Source: Eledone cirrhosa (lineage: Eukaryota). From it: DNA of 64,000 bases. Of this stretch, positions 1 through 11,139 are shown piece after piece. The number at the start of each line of letters is the position of its first letter. The stretch's first letter is position 1. The notes below the pieces were generated by a model. That model made no database searches and was not told the DNA's origin. It saw only the letters and a list, made by a program, of their open reading frames with translations. The stretch is taken from assembly GCA_964016885.1 (NCBI GenBank), contig OZ024741.1:294500001-294564000 (forward strand), given 5' to 3'. A program made the position numbers and the translations under genes.

Positions 1-259
1 GGTGTTTGTCATATCTATAACAATATATATATATGCATGTGTACATAAGTGCTTCGTCCAAAACATTAAGACTTTTCCTACTATATTAAGCGTGAAGCTA
101 ATATATATCTTCATAGAATTTCATCATCTGTTGTTGTTTTTTTTCTTGTTTACTTTTCACATACATACACATACATACACACATATATATATATATGTGT
201 GTAGTAAAAGGCCAATAATTCTTTACTACATATCTCACAATGCTTTGTATTAATTACAC

Positions 260-383
<124 letters not shown>

Positions 384-566
384 GCATGTATGTATAAAAA
401 AAGAAAAAGTATTTTTTGTCATTAATATGAGATAAGATGTGAGCAAAACTCTTTTGTATTAGTTGGTTTGGCATTCCCCTTACTGAGACTATGACATAAG
501 TTAAACTATGTTTATATATATATATATATACATATACATATAAATGAAAGGTATGGAAAATATTGT

Positions 567-567
567 A

Positions 568-640
<73 letters not shown>
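567..640. repeat. (GA)n microsatellite
   Basis: Direct reading of the sequence. Confidence 0.95.
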
Positions 641-642
<2 letters not shown>

Positions 643-753
643 TGAGAGGTAAAATACTGACTGCGGTGCCAAGCGGTTTCAGCTTGTGCGTTCAGTAAAC
701 CTTTCAAGGGTTTCCCCGGTCTTAGCATCACAGACACTCTCTCTCTCTCTCTG

Positions 754-802
<49 letters not shown>

Positions 803-803
803 T

Positions 804-1045
804 ATAAATGTAATCTGAGTTTTTCGAATATTAATAATAACATTCGATTTGTTTGCAATTTTGCAAACAAGCCTCAATTTTATAGCCATGTCAGTAGAAT
901 GGACACTTCATTCTTGCTCTTGTGTTGGCGAGCAAGAATGAAGTGTTCATTCTACTGACATGGCTATAAAATTGAGGCTTGTTTGCAAAATTGCAAACAA
1001 ATCGAATGTTATTATTAATATTCGAAAAACTCAGATTACATTTAT
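804..1045. repeat. Near-perfect fold-back inverted repeat (116-bp arms, 10-nt loop)
   Basis: 804-919 is the reverse complement of 930-1045 with one mismatch; (TA)n on the left, (TTTA)n about 25 bp to the right. Confidence 0.95.
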
Positions 1046-1078
1046 TGTATTCAGCCGTGTAGAGCGAAATTTTATTTT

Positions 1079-1141
<63 letters not shown>

Positions 1142-1289
1142 TATATAGTAAATTAATCATGTGTAAATCTGGGGTTATTGAAATATAGACCAAAATAGCT
1201 ATCATATCATAACTGGAAATAGCTATCATGCATTCATTCACACACGCAAATACACATGCACACACATACACCACATTTTACACACACTC

Positions 1290-1690
1290 ACAGAGAGAAA
1301 TGAAGCTACCATGCTTTGTTAGATCTGCAATGCAAATATGAGAGAAAGGTAGATCTTGGATGAATTGAGTAAGAAACTGGGCTTAAAATGAAGCCAAAGT
1401 GGTGGCAAGAGAGAGGACTGTGTTGGTACAGACATGTGGTGGGCAGGGATGATGATCACTGGGTGAAGAAGTGCTAGCAAATTCCAGTGGTAGGAAGCCG
1501 CAGTAGAAATCAATGAAAACCTGGGTGGGGGTGGGGGGTAAGCACTGATCTCAAATCACTGAGACTCCCAGAAGAGATGACAAAGGAATTTGACAAGTTG
1601 AGAGATGCTGTACTGAAAAGGACCCATCCAACCCATGCAAGCATGGAAAAAACAGACATAAAAACAATGATGATGATGATGATGACGATG
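1290..1690 (+). mobile_element. Old RTE-clade LINE 3' remnant with (GAT)n tail
   Basis: Similar to the 3' end of the RTE copy at 41.5-41.93 kb (GGGTGAAGAAGTG, GAGATGCTGT, ACCC..GCAAGCA..GAAAA..GAC..AAA, then GAT repeats). Confidence 0.8.
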
Positions 1691-1863
1691 ATTCTAAGAA
1701 TATTTAATCTTGCAGTAGACAAGTGCTACTGTTGTACTAACCATCTCTTGTCATAATCTTTCTATTTGAGAAAGAAAATTAAAACTAACACTGTTTAGAT
1801 TGGAAAGAAAATTTTAGCATTTTCCTTCCGTTCATTTAATCAGTAACAACTCTCTCTTTCTCT

Positions 1864-1868
<5 letters not shown>

Positions 1869-1935
<67 letters not shown>

Positions 1936-1942
1936 CTCTCTC
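1869..1942. repeat. (CT)n microsatellite
   Basis: Direct reading. Confidence 0.95.
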
Positions 1943-2122
1943 CTATGTCTGTCATTTGTGATTTTCTTGTCACCTCAGCTTGCTAACAATTCCAATAGAC
2001 AGTCTCTTGTGCATCAATTGACACTCTACACTAAATATAACATTTTACAGACGACAAATAATGATTTTAAGCTGTTGTAGCATAATTTTAAAGGACCTAC
2101 AGATGTTTAGAAATATTGAGTA

Positions 2123-2290
2123 CTGTATTTCCCGGCATCGACGAGGCTACGTTTTTCCTAAAATAAGTCTAAAAACTCTACCATGCGCCCTAAAGGCCGA
2201 AGGTTGTTTATTACTTTTTTTCAAATTTTTGGTTGTCAAAATTAGGGTGCGTCCTCGAGGGTGAAGCGTCTTCGGCACCGGGAAATACGG
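2123..2290. mobile_element. Non-autonomous Tc1/mariner-superfamily MITE (Tc2/pogo-like termini)
   Basis: TIRs CTGTATTTCCCGG / CCGGGAAATACGG with TA on both sides (2121-2122, 2291-2292). Confidence 0.8.
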
Positions 2291-2787
2291 TAAATTAACC
2301 AATTGAGGAAAGCCTCCCATGCTATTTAAATGACCATGTATATGTAGAAATAACAGCCATTTCTCCCTCTGAGAAGACCTGTATATATACAGACAATATA
2401 AGTTGTCAGGTGTTTAGAAATATTGAGCAAATTCAATTACTGAGGGAACATTTTATGCCATTTGAATGACCATGTTGAATCAACAACCAAATTTCCCTCA
2501 AATTATGCTCTACAACCTTAGAGGACCTAATATGTATATATGTATATATAGATTAGAGCAAACATCACGAGCGTTCTATCTCAAAATTATTTTTGAAAAG
2601 CATTAGAAATGCGCAACCAGTAAAAACTTAAAACTAAAACTGAATACTAACCAATACTAATTTATACTTATTCCTAATTAAACTATTTTTCACTGGGAAA
2701 AATTTGTCAGCATTTTCTTTTCCTTTTACTAACATATATATATATATATTTTAGGTCCTCTAAGGTTGTAGAGCATATATATATATG

Positions 2788-2979
2788 TTTGAAAAAAAGG
2801 AACAGAATGACTTCACTTGTAGTTCTAAACAAATTGATTTAATTTTATAATATAAAATTAAATCAATTTGCAAGCAAAATTTAAACTACAAAAATCGAAA
2901 ATCAAACTACAAGCGAAGTCATTCTTTTCCGTTTTCAAATATACCTAACTGTACCAAGGATCTCACACATTTTCCACTA
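2788..2979. repeat. Nested fold-back insert in TA-rich flanks
   Basis: Outer IR 2788-2824 / 2905-2939; inner perfect 20-bp palindrome arms 2830-2849 / 2851-2870; related sequence at 41960-42025. Confidence 0.85.
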
Positions 2980-4259
2980 TATGTATATGTGTGTGTGTGC
3001 GTGTGTGTGTGCAAATGTAAAAAAAAGTCAGATGCTTAAAAATCCTAAGAAGTTTAAGCAATTAAAGGAATTTTCTCTACTATTTAAGTAACCATGTAGA
3101 AGGGAATCAATCAATAAGATCCTAGTGAGGTGGAGCTCATCAAATCAGACCAAGAAAACAATGTTTCCATTGGTCTTTCCATTATTGTTATTATCTACTG
3201 GTCACAACTCTTGGCAGTAGGAGCAATGTAAAATAAAGTGTCTTGCTCAAGGACATAACGCATTGTCCTGTCTGGGAATCAAACTCTCAACTTCATAATT
3301 GCAAATCTAATTCTTTAACCACTAAGCCACCAGCCTTGTAGAAATAACAACTAAATCTCTCTCAAATCTCCAATTTGTGATTTCAAAGGCTGCAACACTT
3401 TAGATTTTTCTGTTTTTCCTTTTCTTTAATACTTCCAACAAATTAAGTAGTTGCTTGGGACCAGCAGCACTACTGGAGTGACTTACCAAAAAATAAAACG
3501 AAATAAAAAAAATAAATAAATATGTCTGAAAGTTTTTGACTTTGAAAGAAGCATCAACATTATTTGACTATGAAAAATAGTCTAATATGGTGGGCATAAA
3601 AAGAATATATAAATATGTCTGAAAGTATATAACTCTGCTTGCCTTAGTTTGCTAGTCTGTCAAACCAGTCATGGTGACTTAAAAAGGGTCATGGACATTG
3701 TTCTTCTCTCACACTGAATAAATTGTTAAAACAAAAATAAAGAAAATAATTTTCCACTATTGGAAAATATGGATAAAAGTTGTAACATTTTGATTTTTAG
3801 ATTAATTTCAATATATTACTTCAAGTAGTTCATTTATAATCTAGAGGCCCTTATAAAGATTTATGCATGAAAACAACAAAGCTACAACAGCCTTATTTAG
3901 AGTGGACTAGAATCTTAGAACAAGCATAATTCATTTAACGGAAAGTGCTTCGAGGCAACAGAGCAGAGCTTTCTTTTGAGTGCTTTCTTGGCTACTGTTT
4001 GGAAAAATATCTGATATGATTTTTCTCCAATAGAATATTTGTTTAGTTTTCATATACAAAAGACAAATATGACACTAATTGCTTTTGAGTGTTAATCAAT
4101 AGAAATATATGAAATTTTTCCTTCAGCAATCCTGCATTTGATCCAATCTTGTCGCTCTTAATACCAGTGAGTACCATAGAAGAAAAGATAACTTCCCGAC
4201 TAGTCTACTTTACAAGATAAAGGTGTGTGGTCTGTTAGATTCCTGATCATAAGGTCGTG

Positions 4260-4860
4260 GGTTTGATATTGGGGTGGAGCTAGTACTTATCAACAGACTA
4301 TTCAGCGTTCAGTTACCACATCTGATGGGTGGGGGTAACTTCTCCTTTGATTATTCAGTGTTCCTCTCCCACCCCTGATACTGGGTAGTAGGACTACTCC
4401 ACAGTCTATTAACGTTAGCTTTCCCACTCCTGATTCTAGTGGGCAAGACACTTCACACCATTAAGGGTAACTCTCCCACTCTTTATTCTGGATGACAGGA
4501 CCTCTCCACAGTCTATTAAGTCTAGCTCTCCCACCCCTGATATTGGGGACGGAGGAGTAGGACTTCTCAGTCTATTAAGTAAAGCTCTCCTACACCTTTA
4601 ACTGTAGCTCTTCTGCACCTTTAACTGTAGCTCTCCTGCACTTTTAACTGTAGCTCTCCTGCACCTGATACTGGGGTTAGGACTTCACAGTCTATTAAGT
4701 GTAGCTCTACTGCACTTGATACTGGTGGGGGAGGGGGACTTCTCCACAGTCTATTATCTGTAGCTCTCCCACACTTGATACTAGAAGGTAGGACTTCACA
4801 TTCTATTAACATTTATTCTGTCAGCCCTAATATTAGGGAAGGGGTAGGTAGTACTTCCCC
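4260..4860. repeat. Degenerate minisatellite, unit about 55-60 bp
   Basis: Recurring CACAGTCTATTAAG..TAGCTCTCC.CAC..CTGATACTGG..TAGGACTT. Confidence 0.8.
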
Positions 4861-5009
4861 TTATGCTACAGATATAGTCGGATTGCCGGCAACAGAATAG
4901 ACTCTGCTGTTGTTGAGCTAAGAATTAACTCAACAAATTTATATTACCTAACTATAAGGAAGTGTTCAGTGGAGAGTCTGGACTGTAGACTAAAGAGTTG
5001 AAAATATAA

Positions 5010-5460
5010 TAGTTGCTATGGTGACATATGCTGACGTCTGACGTTACTGTGGCGACATGTGCTGCCGTTTGAAGTCACTAACACTGACGTTGCTGTCGAC
5101 GTTACTATGGTAACATGTATTGATGTCTTACGTCAGTAACAGACAGGTGTTGCTATAGTGACGTGCTGACCTCTTATGTTAGTAAGACTGACGTCACTAT
5201 TGTGATATGTGCTGACACCTGAAGTCACTAACAATGACGTTGGTATAATGACATGTGTTGATGTCTTAAGTCACTAAGTCTGACGTTACTATGGTTACAA
5301 GTACTGACACAATGTCTTATGTCAGTAACACTGACATTATTATGGTGACATGTGCTGCTAAACCTACGTCAGTAAAACACTGACATTACTATGGTGTGAT
5401 ATGCTGATAAATTTACGTCAGTAACACACTGACGTTGCTATGGGGACATATGGTGATAAA
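5010..5460. repeat. Degenerate minisatellite, unit about 46 bp, TGACGT-rich
   Basis: Recurring CTGACGTTACTATGGTGACATGTGCTGA..TCTTACGTCAGTAACA. Confidence 0.85.
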
Positions 5461-5607
5461 CACATACATATATATATATATGTAGCAGGTGAGTTTTATT
5501 GTAGTACAATAAAGCAATGCAGATATCGGATAAGAAGCACTCTACAATTTGTAGGACTGGAGTATACATAATATATAATATCAAAAGATGGTTAAATGAG
5601 TTCCATG

Positions 5608-5678
5608 TATTTTATTATGCGCATTTCAAAAACAAATATCATCATGCAATAACATTTGTGTTTTCATCAGATAAAATA
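5608..5678 (-). ncRNA. Type I hammerhead ribozyme motif (PLE-A, inverted arm)
   Basis: Reverse complement of the 7337-7407 motif. Confidence 0.8.
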
Positions 5679-6012
5679 GGACATGATATGAAGGTTAAAA
5701 ACACTTGTGGATAGTGCAGTTTTAAATCAACATATGAAAAGTAGTTTTAGATTGATGTGTGATATTGGCGAAAACATTTTTTTTAGGGGGGGAGGTTGGA
5801 AAGGATGAAAAAGAGGAGGAGATGAGAGTAAAAAGTGGAGGGGGAGGAGTATAATGAGGAAGGATGAGATAGGAGGAGAGATGGCTGATAGAGAGAGAGA
5901 GATAGCTTTTATAACTGAGAAAAATATATTGTTTTACATAGAGAGGTTGAAAAACCGTTGGAAGATAATGTATAAATTAAAAGAATTTGAAAATTAACGA
6001 AGAGAAAAATGT

Positions 6013-6381
6013 CTTGATAAAAACTTACGAATGTAAAGTTATAACTGACACCAATTCCTTCACCTATTTTGGCTCCACTTCCACCTCCTTTAAAGCTCGT
6101 CTTTATAATCATCATTCGTCTTTTAAATATAAACCAACACGGCTCTCTCAGAACTCATATGGTCCTTGAAAGACAAAAATATTAAATATAACATCTCTTG
6201 GAAGAAGGTTTCCTCTGCTTCTACTTACTTGAACAGTTCTCTATGTAAGACTTGCAATCTCAGTCTGAATGAAAAATTTATCATTATATCTAATTTAGAT
6301 TCTATAATAAATAGACGCACTGACTTGTTTTCTATCTGCTTGCATAAATTCCACAGAACTTTCCATAAAGTATACAGCTAA
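6013..6381 (+). pseudogene. PLE GIY-YIG endonuclease fragment (frameshifted)
   Basis: TYECKV..TYFGSTSTSFKARLYNHHSSF then LKDKNIKYNISWK..CKTCNL..NEKFII..INRRTDLFSICLHK matches PLE C-terminal GIY-YIG domains; frame change near 6166. Confidence 0.85.
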
Positions 6382-6821
6382 TATCCTAAACTTTATCAAT
6401 TCAGAATCCTTTTCTCAAAGGCACATATATATATATATATATATATATATACTTCTTTAAAAATATACCCATCTTTCTACCTTATTTCAAAGTTATTTAT
6501 CATATTCTATATCATTCCTATTCATCACTTCTCTTTCTTCCTTTTCCTTTTCTTTTCTTTTGCTTTTTCTTTTAATTTCTAACCCCTAATCTGTACCTTT
6601 TCTCACTGTGCCTAACATAGAATCAATTATTACACATACACTATATTCTTACTTTATATCACCTTGAAAAAATCCTTCGTAAACATAAACATTTTTTTTG
6701 ACGTTAGATTATTCATCCTCTATTCATTATTTTTTTCTCACTTTCATCTAACTTATTCATGCTCATCTCACAATATATCCTTACTTACATTACTTCTGTG
6801 TCTTTTTAAATAATACATATC

Positions 6822-6975
6822 AACATTTTCTTTCCATCGCACATATTATTAAACCCTTAAAATTATTCTTAATACATATTAACATTTTCTTTCCATCGCA
6901 CATATTATTAAACCCTTAAATATTATTCTTAATACATATTAACAACTTCTTTTCATCGCACATATTAAACCCTTC
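6822..6975. repeat. Three tandem copies of about 59 bp in the PLE-A 3' UTR
   Basis: AACATTTTCTTTCCATCGCACATATTATTAAACCCTT repeated. Confidence 0.85.
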
Positions 6976-7336
6976 AATATACAAACCTTAACTTTACATT
7001 ATTTTTCTCTTCGTTAATTTTCAAATTCTCTTAATTTATACATTATCTTCCAACGGTTTTTCAACCTCTCTATGTAAAACAATATATTTTTCTCAGTTAT
7101 AAAAGCTATCTCTCTCTCTCTATCAGCCATCTCTCCTCCTATCTCATCCTTCCTCATTATACTCCTCCCCCTCCACTTTTTACTCTCATCTCCTCCTCTT
7201 TTTCATCCTTTCCAACCTCCCCCCCTCAAAAAAAATGTTTTCGCCAATATCACACATCAATCTAAAACTACTTTTCATATGTTGATTTAAAACTGCACTA
7301 TCCACAAGTGTTTTTAACCTTCATATCATGTCCTCC

Positions 7337-7407
7337 TATTTTATCTGATGAAAACACAAATGTTATTGCATGATGATATTTGTTTTTGAAATGCGCATAA
7401 TAAAATA
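7337..7407 (+). ncRNA. Type I hammerhead ribozyme motif (PLE-A 3' UTR)
   Basis: TATTTTAT-CTGATGA-[36-nt stem II]-GAAA-TGCGCA-TA^ATAAAATA: 8-bp stem I, complete core, palindromic stem III. Confidence 0.85.
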
Positions 7408-7435
7408 CATGGAACTCATTTAACCATCTTTTGAT

Positions 7436-7477
<42 letters not shown>

Positions 7478-7478
<1 letters not shown>

Positions 7479-7672
7479 CGAGGGAAATGTGGTAAGGAAC
7501 CAGGTGGACCATAACGCACCAAAGTACTCAATACTTAGGGTAGTAGAGTGGGTAATAGGAACGAGTAGGACCCCGACGGCTGAGCTCAAGACGTTTCGAC
7601 GGCTAATTCTGGACTGAGTCCAGAATTAGCCGTCGAAACGGCTTGAGCTCAGCCGTCGGGGTCCTACTCGTT

Positions 7673-7677
<5 letters not shown>
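7478..7677 (-). mobile_element. Fold-back mini-insert in (TA)n, probably a PLE-derived 3' end
   Basis: Arms 7555-7615 / 7617-7677 (one mismatch, 1-nt centre) plus unique tail 7478-7554; CGAAACG motif in the arms. Confidence 0.65.
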
Positions 7678-7707
<30 letters not shown>

Positions 7708-7713
7708 TGACAA

Positions 7714-7762
<49 letters not shown>

Positions 7763-7978
7763 AATATAAATTAGCGAGAATCGTATTTCAGCTCAGGAAT
7801 TAACGAAAAAGAACTTCCAAGATGTGTGGCAAGCGCTCGATGATTCATATGAATCAGAGCTACAACATACGTTAAAGGCCAAACATACTGAGATGGTGGT
7901 TAAACTAATCATCCGCACAGCCAAACAAACGACCAAGTAATTCAGGTCAAACAATATATAGTGTGTATATATATATAT

Positions 7979-8035
<57 letters not shown>

Positions 8036-8642
8036 CTTTACATATGCTATTTTATTTAGCAAAGCTGTTGAAATAAAAACAGAGCACACTATTAAAGGGA
8101 ATAAAAAAGGAATGACAAGAAAAAAAGAGTTAAGCAATGAAAGAAACGAAGAGGTGGGATAGACACTACTCTTCTCCCTAGTCTGAGCAGGGTTTCAGCT
8201 ATACCCAACAGACAGAATGGTAGTAACTTTACTCTTAAAACTATTGCCTATGTATAGCCACAGTTCAATGACTGAAGCCAGTAAAAAGCCTATATTGTAT
8301 TTCACAAGCTTTTCTTTAGTTAGCCTTCAAATTAAAAAATATATTTTTTTTTTTACTTTTGCTATCCCCGATATATAATTCAGGGCATCTTTGATTTGGG
8401 CTTGGTGGCACTGCAAGTTGCTTGAGTTGTGTATAACAAGAATCAGATGTTAAATGCAAATGCTCTAAAAATACCTTTGCCTTGTTCTAAGCTAAGTGTA
8501 TATCCTTATACACTTAGTTTATAAATAAAGACTTGTGGTTTAAATTTAGTCTGAGGAGACACACATATATCTAAAGAATATGCACTTGATATTGATCATG
8601 GAGGGAACAAAACATAATGTAGATATAAATATAGTAAATAAT

Positions 8643-8827
8643 TGTTTCTACTTTTGGCACAAGGCCAGCAATTACCCAGTACATATTATTTGGTACTTTA
8701 TTTTATCGACCCCGTAAGGATGAAAGGCAAAGTTAACCTCGGCGGGATTTGAACTCAGACCATAAAGGGACATAACTATGCTGGAAAGCATGGTGTCCGA
8801 CTCTCTACCGATATTGCCAATCTACCG
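8643..8827 (-). mobile_element. tRNA-derived SINE with Nin/Deu-like central domain
   Basis: tRNA-like head (GAGTTCAAATCCCGCC), core GCCTTTCATCCTTACGGGGTCGATAAAATAAAGTACC, 15-bp TSD AATATAGTAAATAAT at 8628-8642 / 8828-8842. Confidence 0.9.
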
Positions 8828-10039
8828 AATATAGTAAATAATGGTTGACAGAAACTGTGCAGAAGTCTGTCTTCTGTGTGTGTATGTGTGCATTTATATG
8901 TCCATGTCTGTGTTTACATTTGCTGTGTGTTTATACTCCATAATTTAGTGGTTGAACAAATATAGAATGATATGAAAAATACCAGACTGGAAAAAAAACA
9001 TGTTGGTTTTAAAAGGAATATCAGACCTTATATGTGGTTGTTAAAAAAAACCATCCAGGTGATGTGAGTCAGTGGTGAAATATGTCCCTCATCAGGGTTT
9101 AGAAGAGGGTCAGTGTTTGGCTAATATATTATTCCAGGGTCACCAAGCCAAAGTGAGGGACAGTAAGTATCTGATGCCTACCACTTCTTAAAAAGAATAT
9201 CTTTCATCCACTACCCTTTGAATCTTGAGAAGAGCTCCCCATACCCCATGGTCTCAAAACCAGTCTTCTTGCAGCATGTCTCTTGGAAGTCCTCTTTGTC
9301 ATCCCCACTTTGTTCACTATTAAAATACACAATCACTCACTCTAATTAGTAATTGGTTATGTGTATCTTATATAAATAAATGACTGTTACAAGAAATTGG
9401 CAGGAGATTTATTAGTTTCCAGCCAAAAGCAATGTTAACCAATCTTCTAATCTTACCAACAGCCAAATTTAGCGCTGAGAGAAGAAGTAAATCTTAATTA
9501 GGGACCATTACACAGGAGAAAGATTTATTGAAATCTTCATAGCTATTGTCTTTAACCAGATAATAAAGCTGCAATATCTTGGAGCAGTTATCTGTGATGG
9601 TGAAAATGTTTCTGAACTCTGCTGTATATATTATTCTCCTATTACACACTTCTCTCCAAAAATGAGACACACATATAATTTAGTTTACTTTAGAGATCTG
9701 TGATCGTGTGGTTAAGAAGTTTTGTTTCACAACCAGGCATCTGATGCTGCTCTCATATTTCTGCCAGTTTCTCACACTGGAGTTGTACTTTATTTTATCA
9801 ACCATGAAAAAAATGAAAGGCAAATTGTCCTCAGGCTTTACTCAAGATATTGAAACATAAGATACTCAGCCAGACAACATGACCTTAGGAGATCTGCAAC
9901 CAAAAATAAGATATAAATATTCCTTGGTTTTTAGCTAAAACATAAAAGGCACTTATTTCAAAAGGTGAAAAAATTTTTTAAATGAGAGTAACATAGCTAA
10001 TCAAAAGTGAGGGATGTTTGTTTTAAGGAGTATACATTT

Positions 10040-10445
10040 ACTTTAAAATCTTCCATCATAATTTTATGTAAGAACCATTGTTAAGTTCTGGTCCCAACAC
10101 CATCTTAATAATGAGAATGTTAGTTATATTACTAAATCATTCCAAATTGTTGATTATTTCAAACTGTAGAAATATGGTAATAAAAGGGTTAACGAACTCT
10201 CCATTATTGCCTATCTCCAACTCTCCTTTTGCTGTTTAACACTTTTGATATCAACCAGGTCAAAGCTGGATTTGGTTCTATGAAACAAAACCACCTATTT
10301 TAAAGGGTTCTTATTAAAAATCAAAATTTTCCAGCATTATCTAAATATCATCCTTTTAACTTATGTTACAAATGCTATCCTCATAATGAAATAATTAATT
10401 GAAATACAGTGTACGGCATTATAAATATGGTAATGAAATAGTTAA
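10040..10445 (+). mobile_element. Two degenerate TTAA-flanked MITE copies (piggyBac-like)
   Basis: TTAACACTTTTGATA..AAAGGGTTAA-type ends; shared internal CCTTCCATCATAATTTTATGTAAGAA; relatives at 12700-13300, 32860-33085, 33850-34100. Confidence 0.55.
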
Positions 10446-10559
10446 AGATATTTCCACAATTCTACTGCAACTCTTTTTTTCTAGTTTATTTAACAACGCT
10501 TGTTACTTTAAAGTTTACTACATTTCATGAATATTTTGTCCTTATCCACTGTCATCATC

Positions 10560-11130
10560 ATTGCAACCATAGTCGAACAAAGTTTCTCTACAATTCATGA
10601 TTTTCCATTGCTCTTAATAACTGCTCTCTACTGAGGTTTGTATCATCTGAGAGTTGATCAATGAATGTTTGAGCAGGTCATCCTCTACTGCATCTCCCAT
10701 GAGTTGTTTTCCACAATAGTAGCTTGTGTATAATTTCCTGCTTACTTCTCCAGCAAAGTCCTACAAATCACAACCATCTTTAAGCAATTGTAGTTTTTAT
10801 CTTGAGCAAGTTTCTGTATAAACTTTCATTTGTAATATGTTGACGCCACTGTCAGGATTTAATAAGAGTCATATGCAGTATTTCAGTTACATCTCCCAAA
10901 CCTTCCCATATTTTTATTCTGCTATTCCATCATAGCAGAGTTCTGTTTTATCGTAATCATGATTATGCCTTCTTCCTCAGACAAACCATTCATCATCTGT
11001 TTCTGCTCGTATTTATAGATCATACTTCCGACAGTTTTATACAACTCTGGCAATTTCTAGCCATTTTTTGAACATCATCTCAGATCCTGCTCGCTCATCT
11101 CAATCTTCATTTTTCCATTTTGGTATAAAC
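10560..11130 (-). mobile_element. Decayed RTE/RTE-X LINE 3' fragment
   Basis: Minus strand reads RG*PAQTFIDQLSDDTNLSREQLLRAMEN; a second copy lies at 20365-20660. Confidence 0.7.
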
Positions 11131-11139
11131 ATGCAGCAA

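Larger units (their letters stand above)
5481..7437 (+). mobile_element. 5'-truncated Penelope-like element (PLE-A) with inverted pseudo-LTR
   Basis: GIY-YIG C-terminus at about 6013-6381, then 3' UTR to 7437; 5580-6010 is the reverse complement of 7001-7435; extra tail 5481-5579; (TA)n on both sides; hammerhead in both arms. Confidence 0.9.

Noticed and set aside
641-740. Hammerhead-like minus-strand motif CTGAACG..GAAAC..GTC between (GA)n and (CT)n
   Set aside because: The core is not CUGANGA and stem I does not pair in register; at most a decayed remnant.
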